From a bacterium (GTDB lineage Bacteria; Zhuqueibacterota; Zhuqueibacteria; Residuimicrobiales; Krinioviventaceae): a stretch of DNA of 64,000 nt. The translations under genes and the position numbers were made by a program. The stretch's first letter is position 1. Each line of letters begins with the position of its first letter. Shown here one piece after another: positions 31,556-41,427 of the stretch. The notes under the pieces are model-generated. The model ran no database searches. It was not told the origin of the DNA and saw nothing but the letters and a program-made list of their open reading frames with translations. Location: the NCBI GenBank assembly GCA_963674595.2, contig CAXXFV010000003.1, positions 1 to 64,000 of the forward strand. The letters run 5' to 3'.

Positions 31556-33496
31556 TTATTTGATGAACATCATTTTACCGGATTGGGTAAATGTACCTGC
31601 GACGAGTTTGCAAATATAAGCGCCGCTGGATACCATTTCACCGCTGTTGTCCCGGCCGTCCCATACAACCGATTTATAACCTTGTCCCTGCGGTCCGTTC
31701 GCCAAAACACGCACCTCTTCTCCCAGCATGTTGTATATTTTTAGGCTGACATGACAGGCTTCCGGTAAGGCATATTTTAGTACGGTTTGCGAATTAAAGG
31801 GATTGGGATAATTTTGAGCCAGTTCAAATTCCTGCGGGATTAAATTCGGTCCATCGTCTTTTTTCTCAACATCGGTCGAACCGCTATTTTCAAAGGACAA
31901 GGCCAGGCGATAGGGATAAGACAAACCGGTATACAGTTCTTCTATGTCTGTCCCGTCCAGATTTGCCCGTTTTATTTTACCGGCTTCATGTTCAATCCAA
32001 TATACTTTACCGCCGTCAACATCCAGGGCAATACCGGAGGGCCATTCAAGACTGGTAATTACATTCTGGACATCACTGCCATCCAAATTGGCACGTTTAA
32101 TACCTCTATAATCTATAGCCCTTTCGGTCCAATATATCTTTTTATGTTTTAAATCAAGAGCAATATCTTCCGGTTGTCCCGAAGACTTGATGATTGTTTG
32201 CACTTCGCTGCCATTATTCAAATCAGTACATCCAATCGTATTATATTTTCCATTACCCCCATTACTCCAATAAATCTTTTCACTAAACGGATCAACTACA
32301 ACTCCAAACGAAAACCAATAATTGTAATAAGGATATTCAACCTGGCTGCCATCTAAATTTGCGCGGCCAACAGTCGATTTTTCTGACGCCCTACCCCAAT
32401 ACACCTTTTCATTCACAATATCCAAAGTGAGGTCATATATATATGCTCCATAATCTATCACATTTGTAAGAAATTCAACATTGGAACCGTCCGTATTACA
32501 TTTGTAAATACTGGCAAAAGTATTTGCCCAGTATATTTTATCACCTTCAGGATCAAGAGAAAGGCACACCGGTTTTTGATAACTAACAATCAGCGGTTCG
32601 ACATTTTGACCATCCAAACGAGAACGATAAATCGTCATAGACCAATAAAGATGAAACCAATACATCATTCCTTTTGACAGATCCAGACTTAGATTTTGAA
32701 CACCATAATTAAAACCTGTAACCAGTTCCTCAAATTCAGTTCCATCAGTGTTCATTCTCCACACCCCGAAATAATGTGTCAGATAAAGCTTTTTATTTTT
32801 TGAATCAAGCTGTAGCCTTTTTTGATGATTCCAATATCCAACAACATAAACAATCTTTTCTTCATTGCCGTCCAGGTTCACACTCTTGAGAACTCGACCA
32901 TTATTATCAGTAAAATAGATTCGATGCGCTCTTCCATCTACAACATAATCAATTATCTTTTCATTGTGTTCTATGATTGATCTTATTTTTTCACCATCCA
33001 AACCAGCACAATAAAGAGTATCACTTGAGGCATTCATCCAATAGAGATTTTCATAGACCAGATCCAAGGCCAGATTGTTGGGCCGGGTCAGACCACATAA
33101 AAATTCTTGCTGGTTTGAACCGGTCATATCAGCCTGCCAAATCTTGCCGCTGTCTGATACGCTCCAATACATTGTGCTGTGAAGCGTGTCAATAACCATA
33201 CTGCTTACCCGGCCCATTTCGGAAACCAGTGTTTCAACATTTCTTGTTTCCATATTCTCACGTCGGATGGCATTCTCTTCATAATAATAAATATATCCCT
33301 GGGCGGCAGTTAACAACAGCACTCCACGGGAAGAGAGCAGTTCCCTATATTGGTTACCGTCAGCATCTCCGCAATATATCTTTTTGTCCTGTGTGTCTGT
33401 CCAGTAAATTAATCGTTCCTTTGCTGTAACAATATTTAAAAGCGTGAAAAGGTTGGATACAGTGCAGAAAAACACTAATGCTGTTCTTTTTATCAT
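31556..33496 (-). CDS. secreted YWTD beta-propeller protein, paralog 2 (FlgD-Ig-type CTD)
   Basis: Same blades; CTD with VWDGRDNSGEMVSSG; ATG 33496 (GTG 33520 alternative). Confidence 0.88.
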   Translation of the reverse strand: MIKRTALVFFCTVSNLFTLLNIVTAKERLIYWTDTQDKKIYCGDADGNQYRELLSSRGVLLLTAAQGYIYYYEENAIRRENMETRNVETLVSEMGRVSSMVIDTLHSTMYWSVSDSGKIWQADMTGSNQQEFLCGLTRPNNLALDLVYENLYWMNASSDTLYCAGLDGEKIRSIIEHNEKIIDYVVDGRAHRIYFTDNNGRVLKSVNLDGNEEKIVYVVGYWNHQKRLQLDSKNKKLYLTHYFGVWRMNTDGTEFEELVTGFNYGVQNLSLDLSKGMMYWFHLYWSMTIYRSRLDGQNVEPLIVSYQKPVCLSLDPEGDKIYWANTFASIYKCNTDGSNVEFLTNVIDYGAYIYDLTLDIVNEKVYWGRASEKSTVGRANLDGSQVEYPYYNYWFSFGVVVDPFSEKIYWSNGGNGKYNTIGCTDLNNGSEVQTIIKSSGQPEDIALDLKHKKIYWTERAIDYRGIKRANLDGSDVQNVITSLEWPSGIALDVDGGKVYWIEHEAGKIKRANLDGTDIEELYTGLSYPYRLALSFENSGSTDVEKKDDGPNLIPQEFELAQNYPNPFNSQTVLKYALPEACHVSLKIYNMLGEEVRVLANGPQGQGYKSVVWDGRDNSGEMVSSGAYICKLVAGTFTQSGKMMFIK

Positions 33497-33562
33497 GACT
33501 GTATCCTTTTCATTTTTCACTTCTCATTTAATATCTTGATACTTATAAATTTCACTACCAAC

Positions 33563-35500
33563 TTATTTGATAAACATCATTGTACCGGATTGGGTAAACG
33601 TGCCCGCGACAAGTTTGCAAATATAAGCGCCGCTGGATACCATTTCACCGCTGTTGTCCCGGCCATCCCATATAACCGATTTATATCCATCTCCCTGTGG
33701 GCCGTTCGCCAAAACACGCACCTCTTCTCCCAGCATGTTGTATATTTTTAGGCTGACATGACAGGCTTCCGGTAAGGCATATTTTAACACGGTTTGCGAA
33801 TTAAAGGGATTGGGATAATTTTGATATAATGCGAATTCCTGCGGTATTAAATTCGGTCCATCGTCTTTTTTTTCAACAGCAGTCGAACCGTTATTTTCAA
33901 AAGACAAGGCCAGGCGATAGGGCCAGGTTAGACCGCTAAACAGTTCTTCTATGTCTGTTCCGTCCAGATTTGCCCGTTTTATTTTACCGGGTTCTCTTTC
34001 AATCCAGTATATTTTATTACCTTCAACATCCAGGGCAAGACCACAGGGCCATTTAAGACCGGTAACAACATCATGAATTCCACTGCCATCTAAACTAGCG
34101 CAACAGATTCGACCAACTTTTAAATGTTCGGTCCAAAAGATTTTATTATCTCTCAGGTTGAGAGCAATATCGTCAGGAAATTCAAGACTATCAACAAGCA
34201 TTTCAATGTTTTGACCATTTAAATCAGCACAACTAATTGAAGTGGTCCTTGTTGATCCAAGTTGGCTCCAGTAAACCTTTTCCTGAGACGGATCAACCGC
34301 GATACCGAATGTCCAATGCCAACGAACATTATAGGGAAATTCTACATCAGTGCCGTCAAGATTTGCTCGGCCAAGAGCTTGACCTTCTGCTGCACTGGCA
34401 AAATATAGCTTTTGGTTTACCATATCCAGGTCAATATCCAATAATTCAGCATTTGCAATAAAATCATATATAAGGAACTCTACTTCAGAACCGTCAATAT
34501 TAGAACGATAAATATTATAAAAATTACCTGACCAATACATCTTTTCTCCCTCAAGATCAAGAGCAAGGCAAGTCAAATTTTTATAATTAACAATCACTGG
34601 TTCAATATTACGCCCATTCAAACGGGAACGATAAATCGTATAAGTCCATAGAGGAGTATACCAGTACATGTCTCCCCGTGACAGGTCAAGACTTAAATAT
34701 TGACTGCCTAAATCATAATTATTAACCAGTTCCTTTAATTCTGTTCCATCGGTATTGATTCTCAATATCTGGGAATGATGTGTCAGATAAAGCTTTTTGT
34801 TCCTGGAATCAAGTTGAAGATCTCTATGAAAACTCTCAAATTCAAAGGTATAAACAATCTCTTCTTCGTTGCCGTCCAGGTTCACACTCTTGAGTACGCG
34901 ACCATTATCATCAGTAAAATAGATTCGATACGCTCTTCCATCCACAACATAATCACTTATCTTTTCATTGTGCTCTATGACCGATCTTATTTTTTCACCA
35001 TCCATACCAGCACAATAAACGGTATCACGGGTATCATTCATCCAATAGATATTTTCATAAACATCATCCAGCGCCAGATTGTTGGGCAGAACCAGATTAC
35101 AAAGAAACTCTTGCTTGTTTGAACCGGTTATGTCAGCCTGCCAAATCTTGCCGCTGTCTGATACGCTCCAATAAATTATGCTGTTAAGCGTGTCAATAAC
35201 CATACTGCTAACCCGGCCCGTTTCGGAAATCAGGGTTTCAACCGTTCTTGTCTCCTTATTCTCACGCCGGATAGCATCCTCTTCATAATAATAAATATAT
35301 CCCTGGGCTGCAGTTAACAACCTTACATAACGGGAAGAAAGTACTTTTTCATAATGACCGCCGTCAGCATCTCCGCAATATATCTTGTCGTCAACTCTAT
35401 CGATCCAGTAAATACATCTTTCTTTGGCTGTAACAACATTTAAAAGCGTGAAAAGGTTGTATACAGTGAAGAAAAACACAAACGTTATTCTTTTTAACAT
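33563..35500 (-). CDS. secreted YWTD beta-propeller protein, paralog 1 (FlgD-Ig-type CTD)
   Basis: As above; ATG 35500 (GTG 35524 alternative). Confidence 0.88.
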   Translation of the reverse strand: MLKRITFVFFFTVYNLFTLLNVVTAKERCIYWIDRVDDKIYCGDADGGHYEKVLSSRYVRLLTAAQGYIYYYEEDAIRRENKETRTVETLISETGRVSSMVIDTLNSIIYWSVSDSGKIWQADITGSNKQEFLCNLVLPNNLALDDVYENIYWMNDTRDTVYCAGMDGEKIRSVIEHNEKISDYVVDGRAYRIYFTDDNGRVLKSVNLDGNEEEIVYTFEFESFHRDLQLDSRNKKLYLTHHSQILRINTDGTELKELVNNYDLGSQYLSLDLSRGDMYWYTPLWTYTIYRSRLNGRNIEPVIVNYKNLTCLALDLEGEKMYWSGNFYNIYRSNIDGSEVEFLIYDFIANAELLDIDLDMVNQKLYFASAAEGQALGRANLDGTDVEFPYNVRWHWTFGIAVDPSQEKVYWSQLGSTRTTSISCADLNGQNIEMLVDSLEFPDDIALNLRDNKIFWTEHLKVGRICCASLDGSGIHDVVTGLKWPCGLALDVEGNKIYWIEREPGKIKRANLDGTDIEELFSGLTWPYRLALSFENNGSTAVEKKDDGPNLIPQEFALYQNYPNPFNSQTVLKYALPEACHVSLKIYNMLGEEVRVLANGPQGDGYKSVIWDGRDNSGEMVSSGAYICKLVAGTFTQSGTMMFIK

Positions 35501-35566
35501 GGCTGTATCCTTTTCATTTATCACTACTCATTTAATATCTTAATACTTTTAAATTTCACTACCAAC

Positions 35567-35629
35567 TTATTTGATAAACATCATTGTACCGGATTGGGTA
35601 AACGTGCCCGCGATCAGTTTGCATATATA
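35567..35629 (-). pseudogene. C-terminal remnant of a further (deleted) CTD-bearing paralog
   Basis: Encodes YICKLIAGTFTQSGTMMFIK-stop plus the same intergenic spacer as 33520-33625. Confidence 0.85.
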
Positions 35630-35834
35630 TACGTAAAACAGTTTTTAAAACAAATTGAAATTCTCGCATCAGTCAGCCTTTATTTTTGAATTAGTCGTTT
35701 AAAAATAATACGACTGGTGCGGGATTTAATCAATTAAGAAATATGCACAACGGATTATTTAATATTCAGATTATATATTCTTTTATTAACTGGTAAAATT
35801 ATTTTTTATGAGAAACTAAAAAAAATAATATCAT

Positions 35835-36229
35835 ACCCCGAGCTCAATATCAGATGAGGAAAAAATAACAAGTGAAAAATAGCCCCGGATATAACAATCC
35901 CGTTACATTAATTTTGTCGATTATGTACTTTTAGATTATAAACTTGTTCATTGATACTCCCCGTAGAGTAGTTAATTTGATTTTGATTAAATTATTTTAG
36001 TTACTTTTATTGACAAAGTCAAGTTTATTTAGACTTGAAATTCATTTTTTTGTGGGGGTAATCCCCCAGTTGTTTGCATTATAGAATACAAATTGCGTTA
36101 CAAATTTACAATCTCATTTTAAGAATCCTCTTGAATAACGAACTCTTTCAGACAAAATAAAATGAATTTATTTATCAAGCCTATAGATCGCTTTTTATAG
36201 TCAAACCCCGCATCACTGCAGGGTTTGAT
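35835..36229 (-). repeat. conserved 5' cassette element, copy 3
   Basis: Near-identical to 15001-15230; also carries the hairpin shared with 27532-27561. Confidence 0.85.
35994..36022 (-). promoter_or_regulatory. sigma70-like promoter with palindromic operator, copy 3
   Basis: TTGACT-N17-TAAAAT; TTGAC-N3-GTCAA. Confidence 0.75.
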
Positions 36230-36422
36230 AAACGATTGAATTCCATTATTAAGTTTCAGCTCTCTCTATAATCACCACCTCCTTCTGTATAATTCGATAA
36301 CTGTTTCTATCATCTTACATCAATCCAGACATGGGCAACAGTGCCTTAGTTGTCTATCACTTGAACAATCTTCCGGTCTAATAGTTGATTCTACCAGTCA
36401 GGAATGCATTATAATTCTTGTA

Positions 36423-37013
36423 CTATATATTAATACTTAATTGTTCCGAATAAACTTTTATTAGATCATTCCAAGGCTGTTTTTGAGATAATAAAGGCCA
36501 TTTATGACTTGTGGTTGCCAGTTGATGCAATGCTTCAAATGTCTTGTTCCCGACATACCGATTGGCAAATTGAAACACATATCTTCCAATTAAGGCACTG
36601 TCAATCTCTGGCATATTTCTTAAATTCAACTGTAGAGTCTGTAACGTCATTTGACGCTTCATATAATCCTGGTGTCCGGACCGGTTCCATTGTGACGGGC
36701 TGATGAGGATATGAGAATCAAATATCTCTTTACAGATCGTCAATTGAGTTTGAGTGACATGAGCATCCACTCCCCATGTCATTTTACTGTTTGTGGGCTG
36801 TTCATGGTCTTCAATCACTGCAAAAGCAATATTATGATGTTGCCTGGTTTTGAATAATCTTTCACTGTAATCAAGATGTTTAAAATATTTTATTGTTCCT
36901 GTGTTTATATATTTACCATACTGGTCCCAGACGGTCAACCCGGTAAAACTACCAGGGGAAATACTCACAAAAGTTATATTATTCATAATCACACCTTTTA
37001 TTTTAATTTTCAA
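36423..37013 (-). CDS. RuvC-like protein, paralog lacking the first catalytic Asp
   Basis: VSISPG-x2-TG, VIED, ISPSQW, DSALIG; similar to its neighbour. Confidence 0.65.
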   Translation of the reverse strand: MKIKIKGVIMNNITFVSISPGSFTGLTVWDQYGKYINTGTIKYFKHLDYSERLFKTRQHHNIAFAVIEDHEQPTNSKMTWGVDAHVTQTQLTICKEIFDSHILISPSQWNRSGHQDYMKRQMTLQTLQLNLRNMPEIDSALIGRYVFQFANRYVGNKTFEALHQLATTSHKWPLLSQKQPWNDLIKVYSEQLSINI

Positions 37014-37587
37014 GCCATGGTTTCAATTGATTGACAGTCGGATATGGCAGTTGTTTAAAAGCCATCTGTTTCATGGCAGTAAATCCACCCCCATTCGTAT
37101 CAAAATCAATAATTTCAAAAGTCAGTTTTCCCATAAGAGCTGAATCCGTCTGATGAGAATTTGGCAATTGTTCTCCGAATAGATCCCTTGCCCATTGTCG
37201 TTTAAATTTATCTTTACATTTATTCCGGTTCCACTGCGTGTGAAAGATCAGGATGTGATCCGGGAACACTTCTTTACAGACCTGGATTTGAATTGATACT
37301 TTATAAGAATTTTTTCTTTTTATGCCGATAAACGGTTTATAATCTTCCAGAAGGATAAATTCAAGGTTGTACTCTTTTTTAATTTGTTCCAGTAACAGTC
37401 TGTATTGTTGTGTGTCTTTAAAAGGTAAATTCTTTGAACAAACCTTTGATCCCATACTGTTAAACACACTGATCCCACCCGGATTACCCGGATCAACCGC
37501 ACCCCAAAATCTGTTTAAATTCGACATGGTTTCTGTCTTTCGAGATTCTACCAAAGCTGTAATCATATTATTCTGTAGTCGAATCAT
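37003..37587 (-). CDS. RuvC-like Holliday junction resolvase
   Basis: GAVDPG-x2-GG, ILLEDY, QW...K, HQTDSALMG. Confidence 0.7.
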   Translation of the reverse strand: MIRLQNNMITALVESRKTETMSNLNRFWGAVDPGNPGGISVFNSMGSKVCSKNLPFKDTQQYRLLLEQIKKEYNLEFILLEDYKPFIGIKRKNSYKVSIQIQVCKEVFPDHILIFHTQWNRNKCKDKFKRQWARDLFGEQLPNSHQTDSALMGKLTFEIIDFDTNGGGFTAMKQMAFKQLPYPTVNQLKPWLEN

Positions 37588-37601
37588 GTCAAACTCCTTT
37601 T

Positions 37602-38141
37602 CTATTTCTCATTGATACTAGATAATTCAATTTTTTTCCATTTTAATTCTCTGGACATTGTATCTGTCGCAAACTGTTTTTGTTCTTCCCCCTTGCGGTT
37701 ATTTTTATAAGCATCCAAAAAATGCTTACGTGTGGCGGCAATGGCAGTGGTTGATCTTATTTCAGGTCCCCACTGCACAAGAAGAGGATATAAATGTCCT
37801 TCACCGTTTTTCTGCATTCGTTTTTCTATCACCATCATCATACAGGAACCAATGGATGGATCATAAAAATGGTCAAGATACATTTTAATCCGGTTCCAGG
37901 CTACCTGAGCTTGCTGTTGAAGAGGATCCTGTCCCCGTAAATCTGCCGGTGATGGGAAAAAAGCATTTTTATTTCTAAAATATAAAACAGCATTCTTTTC
38001 AATTTCCTTAAAACTCAGGTCCTGTAATATCTTGAAATAAAAGTCTATCTTCTCTACCGTCAAGGGTTGTTTATTATTCACAGCAACAGTTTCCATTTGC
38101 CACATGAGTTTTGAAAAACATTCTCTATCTTTTTCAGTCAT
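37602..38141 (-). CDS. phage replication accessory protein (helicase loader/inhibitor-like)
   Basis: YF-x2-LQDL...FFPSPADLR, typical of phage replication genes downstream of the initiator. Confidence 0.55.
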   Translation of the reverse strand: MTEKDRECFSKLMWQMETVAVNNKQPLTVEKIDFYFKILQDLSFKEIEKNAVLYFRNKNAFFPSPADLRGQDPLQQQAQVAWNRIKMYLDHFYDPSIGSCMMMVIEKRMQKNGEGHLYPLLVQWGPEIRSTTAIAATRKHFLDAYKNNRKGEEQKQFATDTMSRELKWKKIELSSINEK

Positions 38142-38302
38142 ATATCAACCTCTATGATAAGACATTAAGATTTTTTCTTTTTATTAATTTCATCATCAAC
38201 GGATGTTACATCTGTTGATTGATTCTTTCTTAAATCAGACAGGTCGTCGTGTTTAAACGACGACCCGGAGTATTTATAGAACATGGCAACAAAACAAAAA
38301 TC

Positions 38303-38713
38303 CTAAAACGGCAGGTCATCTGCCGGTTCATCAGGGATATTTGTTTGTTGTTCCTGTTCATAGGTTTGACTGAATTGTAAAATCTGTACCTGTTCAGCTT
38401 GTATTTCTGTCATATATTGCTTGTTTCCATCTTTATCATCCCAGGAACGAGTAGCCAACTTGCCTTCGATATAAACCAGATCACCCTTTTTAGCATATTG
38501 AGAAATCATTTCTGCTGTTTTACGCCAAATAACGACACGATGCCATTCTGTTTTTTCGACAATTTCTCCGTCTTGGGATTTATAGGATGTATTGGTTGCC
38601 ATGTTTAACGTCACAACAGCGACCTCAGAAGGAGTATATTTGATTTCCGGGTCTTTACCTAATCGACCGATGAGCATGACTTTGTTTAATGTTGCTTTAC
38701 TATTGAATGCCAT
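38303..38713 (-). CDS. ssb: single-stranded DNA-binding protein
   Basis: LNKVMLIGRLGKDPE, TEWHRVV, acidic DDLPF tail. Confidence 0.97.
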   Translation of the reverse strand: MAFNSKATLNKVMLIGRLGKDPEIKYTPSEVAVVTLNMATNTSYKSQDGEIVEKTEWHRVVIWRKTAEMISQYAKKGDLVYIEGKLATRSWDDKDGNKQYMTEIQAEQVQILQFSQTYEQEQQTNIPDEPADDLPF

Positions 38714-38718
38714 TTTTA

Positions 38719-39435
38719 TTACCTCACTCTTATATCATCTTTTGAATAAACTCTAATGCCTTGAAATTTATCAACAGCATCTTTTTTTAGTTTTTGTACT
38801 TGAGCATTAATTTTTGAACGGGACGGTTCGCATAGTTCCGGATGATGTCTGCACACCAGGTCTGGGTCCGTTATGTCGTATTTCCAATAGGTCACAACAC
38901 TTGAAGTCGCTTGGATGGATTGAACCGAGGATTTGGCGACGATTTCCTGACTTGCAACATGTTTGACAGCCTTATCCAGTGCCTGTTTGGTTTCTTCATC
39001 TCCCGTCGCTTCTCTGGCTTGTTCAAGTTCTTTGATTTGCTGATCTTTCTCTGCCTTTAATCGTTCCTCTTCTTTGCGCTTTTTCTCTTTTTGATATTCC
39101 AAAAGTTTTGATCGCAGCATGCCATTGAGCTTATCAACTTCACTTATCAAATTTTTAAATGGCTGCTCTTTTGTTTTTATCTGTTCCTTTAATTCTTTTA
39201 CAGATTCTTTTTTAGCGTTTTCAAGGTATTTTATAAATTTTGATATTTTCCCGGTATAATCTGTCACCTCAAAAATAGTAGCATCATCAACCGTTATATC
39301 GACAACTGTTAACCGAATATCTTTATATGTTGATATAATCATGGCATCATTAATCTCTGCCAACTCCGGTAAGGTTTCTATTTCAATGACATCAGGTTCA
39401 CCATTCAAAATGCTGTCGAAAAAATCACTTTCCAT
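38719..39435 (-). CDS. coiled-coil phage protein (Gp157/Gam-like)
   Basis: Coiled coil then W-x-Y-x-I-x-D...GIRVY; between annealase and ssb. Confidence 0.55.
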   Translation of the reverse strand: MESDFFDSILNGEPDVIEIETLPELAEINDAMIISTYKDIRLTVVDITVDDATIFEVTDYTGKISKFIKYLENAKKESVKELKEQIKTKEQPFKNLISEVDKLNGMLRSKLLEYQKEKKRKEEERLKAEKDQQIKELEQAREATGDEETKQALDKAVKHVASQEIVAKSSVQSIQATSSVVTYWKYDITDPDLVCRHHPELCEPSRSKINAQVQKLKKDAVDKFQGIRVYSKDDIRVR

Positions 39436-40360
39436 TATCCGTCTCCTTTTTCTCTTGTTGAACCTGTTGCATTCTCTCTTTTAACTTTTGCAGGAAAAAG
39501 TTTTGTTTTTTCGTTTCGATTTTTTTGGCTGTTGTCACACCCATATCCTCCAGCATTTTTAAATAAACGGTATGCGTTCCAGTCTGTTTAAAAAGCCACT
39601 CTTTGGCATTTTTACATTTGTCCTCAAAGGATGGTTCAGTTTTTGACTCCTGATTTAATTGATTGCTTTTAGTCGTTTTCTTTGAGGAATTATCTTTATT
39701 GAGGGAATTTTGACCATTATTTCCAGAATCACCCTGAGTGTTATTGTTTGAAATTTCATAGGGCCAGCCATATTGAGGATAGTCTTTGCGCCGCCACAAT
39801 AAAACCTTATTATTATCTCTTTTATCTGTGTACCATTCACTAACGGCGAATTCTTCTCTCCATTCCATAATAAAATTGGGAGACCACAGTTCAGTAGCAA
39901 TTCCCAAATCTTTACAACATCGGGTCAGACAATCTGTTTTGGCTCCTTCAACAGCACTGGCATAGGTCATGGACTTGTTGTTTGGATGATACTTTTGTTC
40001 TCCCACAGCTTCAGATATAAACTGTCCGAGAACAAATAAGACCCCGTGATAACAGACCAGATTGATGTTTTTATCATAAAAAATATTTCGGCTATACAAG
40101 GCCCATCCGCCCGCATGAAAAGCCTCGATTAATCTTTTACGATAAAAAACACCCGGCAAATAAATAATACCATCTGGTCGGATGGCAACATCGTTTTTAT
40201 CTATTTCAGCAGACAATTTTCGTTGAACCTGATCTGTCACCGGATTCTCAGCAATGTTATTATACAGATCGATTTCACAATTTTCCTGAACAGTCACTTC
40301 TTTATTTTGATCTGATTTTATTGCCAAAGCAACTTGAGTTTGATTTCCATTTCCATTCAT
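39425..40360 (-). CDS. Rad52/Mgm101-family single-strand annealing protein
   Basis: IRPDGIIYLP-x2-FYRKRL-x2-AF-x2-GGWAL and EGAKTDCLTRCCKDLGIATELW match Mgm101 motifs. Confidence 0.85.
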   Translation of the reverse strand: MNGNGNQTQVALAIKSDQNKEVTVQENCEIDLYNNIAENPVTDQVQRKLSAEIDKNDVAIRPDGIIYLPGVFYRKRLIEAFHAGGWALYSRNIFYDKNINLVCYHGVLFVLGQFISEAVGEQKYHPNNKSMTYASAVEGAKTDCLTRCCKDLGIATELWSPNFIMEWREEFAVSEWYTDKRDNNKVLLWRRKDYPQYGWPYEISNNNTQGDSGNNGQNSLNKDNSSKKTTKSNQLNQESKTEPSFEDKCKNAKEWLFKQTGTHTVYLKMLEDMGVTTAKKIETKKQNFFLQKLKERMQQVQQEKKETDNGK

Positions 40361-40368
40361 GATTCACC

Positions 40369-40635
40369 TCAAAAATTTAATTTATCCTGATCTGTAAATC
40401 CTATTTGCATATTTTCAATGATTTGATTCATAAGGATTTCTTTGACATTCATATTGGAATAGGCTATTTTGACAGCACCTTGTAATGCCACCATTCCAAT
40501 AGAATTGTTTCCACCAAGAATGATTTGTGCAAGTGACACAATATCATGATCAATGGTGATGTCGATGTTTAAATTCTCAATCAGCATTTTTGCTGCTGAG
40601 ACTTGTCTCTCTTTTGAAGGAACTTCTTTTATCAT
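40369..40635 (-). CDS. hypothetical phage protein
   Basis: GGAG RBS; in the early operon. Confidence 0.5.
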   Translation of the reverse strand: MIKEVPSKERQVSAAKMLIENLNIDITIDHDIVSLAQIILGGNNSIGMVALQGAVKIAYSNMNVKEILMNQIIENMQIGFTDQDKLNF

Positions 40636-40684
40636 TTCTCATCTCCAATTATATTTATGTCATTTCTCATGGCCATACTAAAAT

Positions 40685-41005
40685 TTACATCCAGGTCTCA
40701 AAGAGTCCTGATGCCGGGTCATACTCGACATCAAACATCCTCTTACAATAGCTGATGGGACATGTTATAGAGTCTGTTTCGCCGGATTGAACCCCTTCAA
40801 CTATTTCAGAATCCAAATATCCATCCACAACAGTACCACAATGCGGACAAATAATATGAAAAGCTTTTGTGTTGATTCTTTCTTCTTCAGGAACATCAAA
40901 AGGCGCTACAAATAACGGATTCGTGTACATGTCATCATGATACATCATCGGGATCTCCGTCTCTGCTGCGTTTACTGGTATGATCATACAGATACAAATC
41001 TTCAC
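40685..41005 (-). CDS. small Zn-ribbon protein
   Basis: CPHC...CPISYC; start uncertain. Confidence 0.5.
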   Translation of the reverse strand: MKICICMIIPVNAAETEIPMMYHDDMYTNPLFVAPFDVPEEERINTKAFHIICPHCGTVVDGYLDSEIVEGVQSGETDSITCPISYCKRMFDVEYDPASGLFETWM

Positions 41006-41297
41006 AACCCATGATGTTTCTGGCCATGCGAAGCCATCTTAAACGATTAGCTTGTCTGATTAAATTGGATATAATCCGAAAGTCCCCGGCATCTATCGGT
41101 GTCCGGCCACCTTTACATAAATTGTTTAATCGCCCGATTGTCATTTTAGCTTCCTGAGCAAACCATTCCCTGGTCAGTTGTTTATTCTGTGAGATACAAT
41201 CTTTGATCGCATTGTCAATTTCTGAGGCAATAAACCGAAACATTTTCTCTTCTGCTGTTGAGAGTGTATCTTGTTTTTCAAATTGTCTTTCTTTCAT
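40935..41297 (-). CDS. putative phage transcriptional regulator (CII/HTH-like)
   Basis: TREWFAQEAKMTIGRLNNLC HTH-like segment; first gene of the leftward early operon. Confidence 0.45.
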   Translation of the reverse strand: MKERQFEKQDTLSTAEEKMFRFIASEIDNAIKDCISQNKQLTREWFAQEAKMTIGRLNNLCKGGRTPIDAGDFRIISNLIRQANRLRWLRMARNIMGCEDLYLYDHTSKRSRDGDPDDVS

Positions 41298-41427
41298 TTT
41301 TTTACTCGCTTTTTTATGTGGTTTTATAATGGACGATTAATTTTTGCACATTCCTGCAAAAATTAATGGCACTGCCCATTGAAAAAACCATTCACCCATA
41401 TTATATTGAATTGTCAACTTTTAAAAA

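Noticed and set aside
11027-36229. Cassette hairpins as integron attC sites
   Set aside because: No RYYYAAC/GTTRRRY boxes, one hairpin per multi-gene unit, and no tyrosine recombinase in the window
36240-36420. AAGGAGG SD and Cys-rich fragment downstream of the RuvC-like genes
   Set aside because: Interrupted by stops; at most an unassignable remnant
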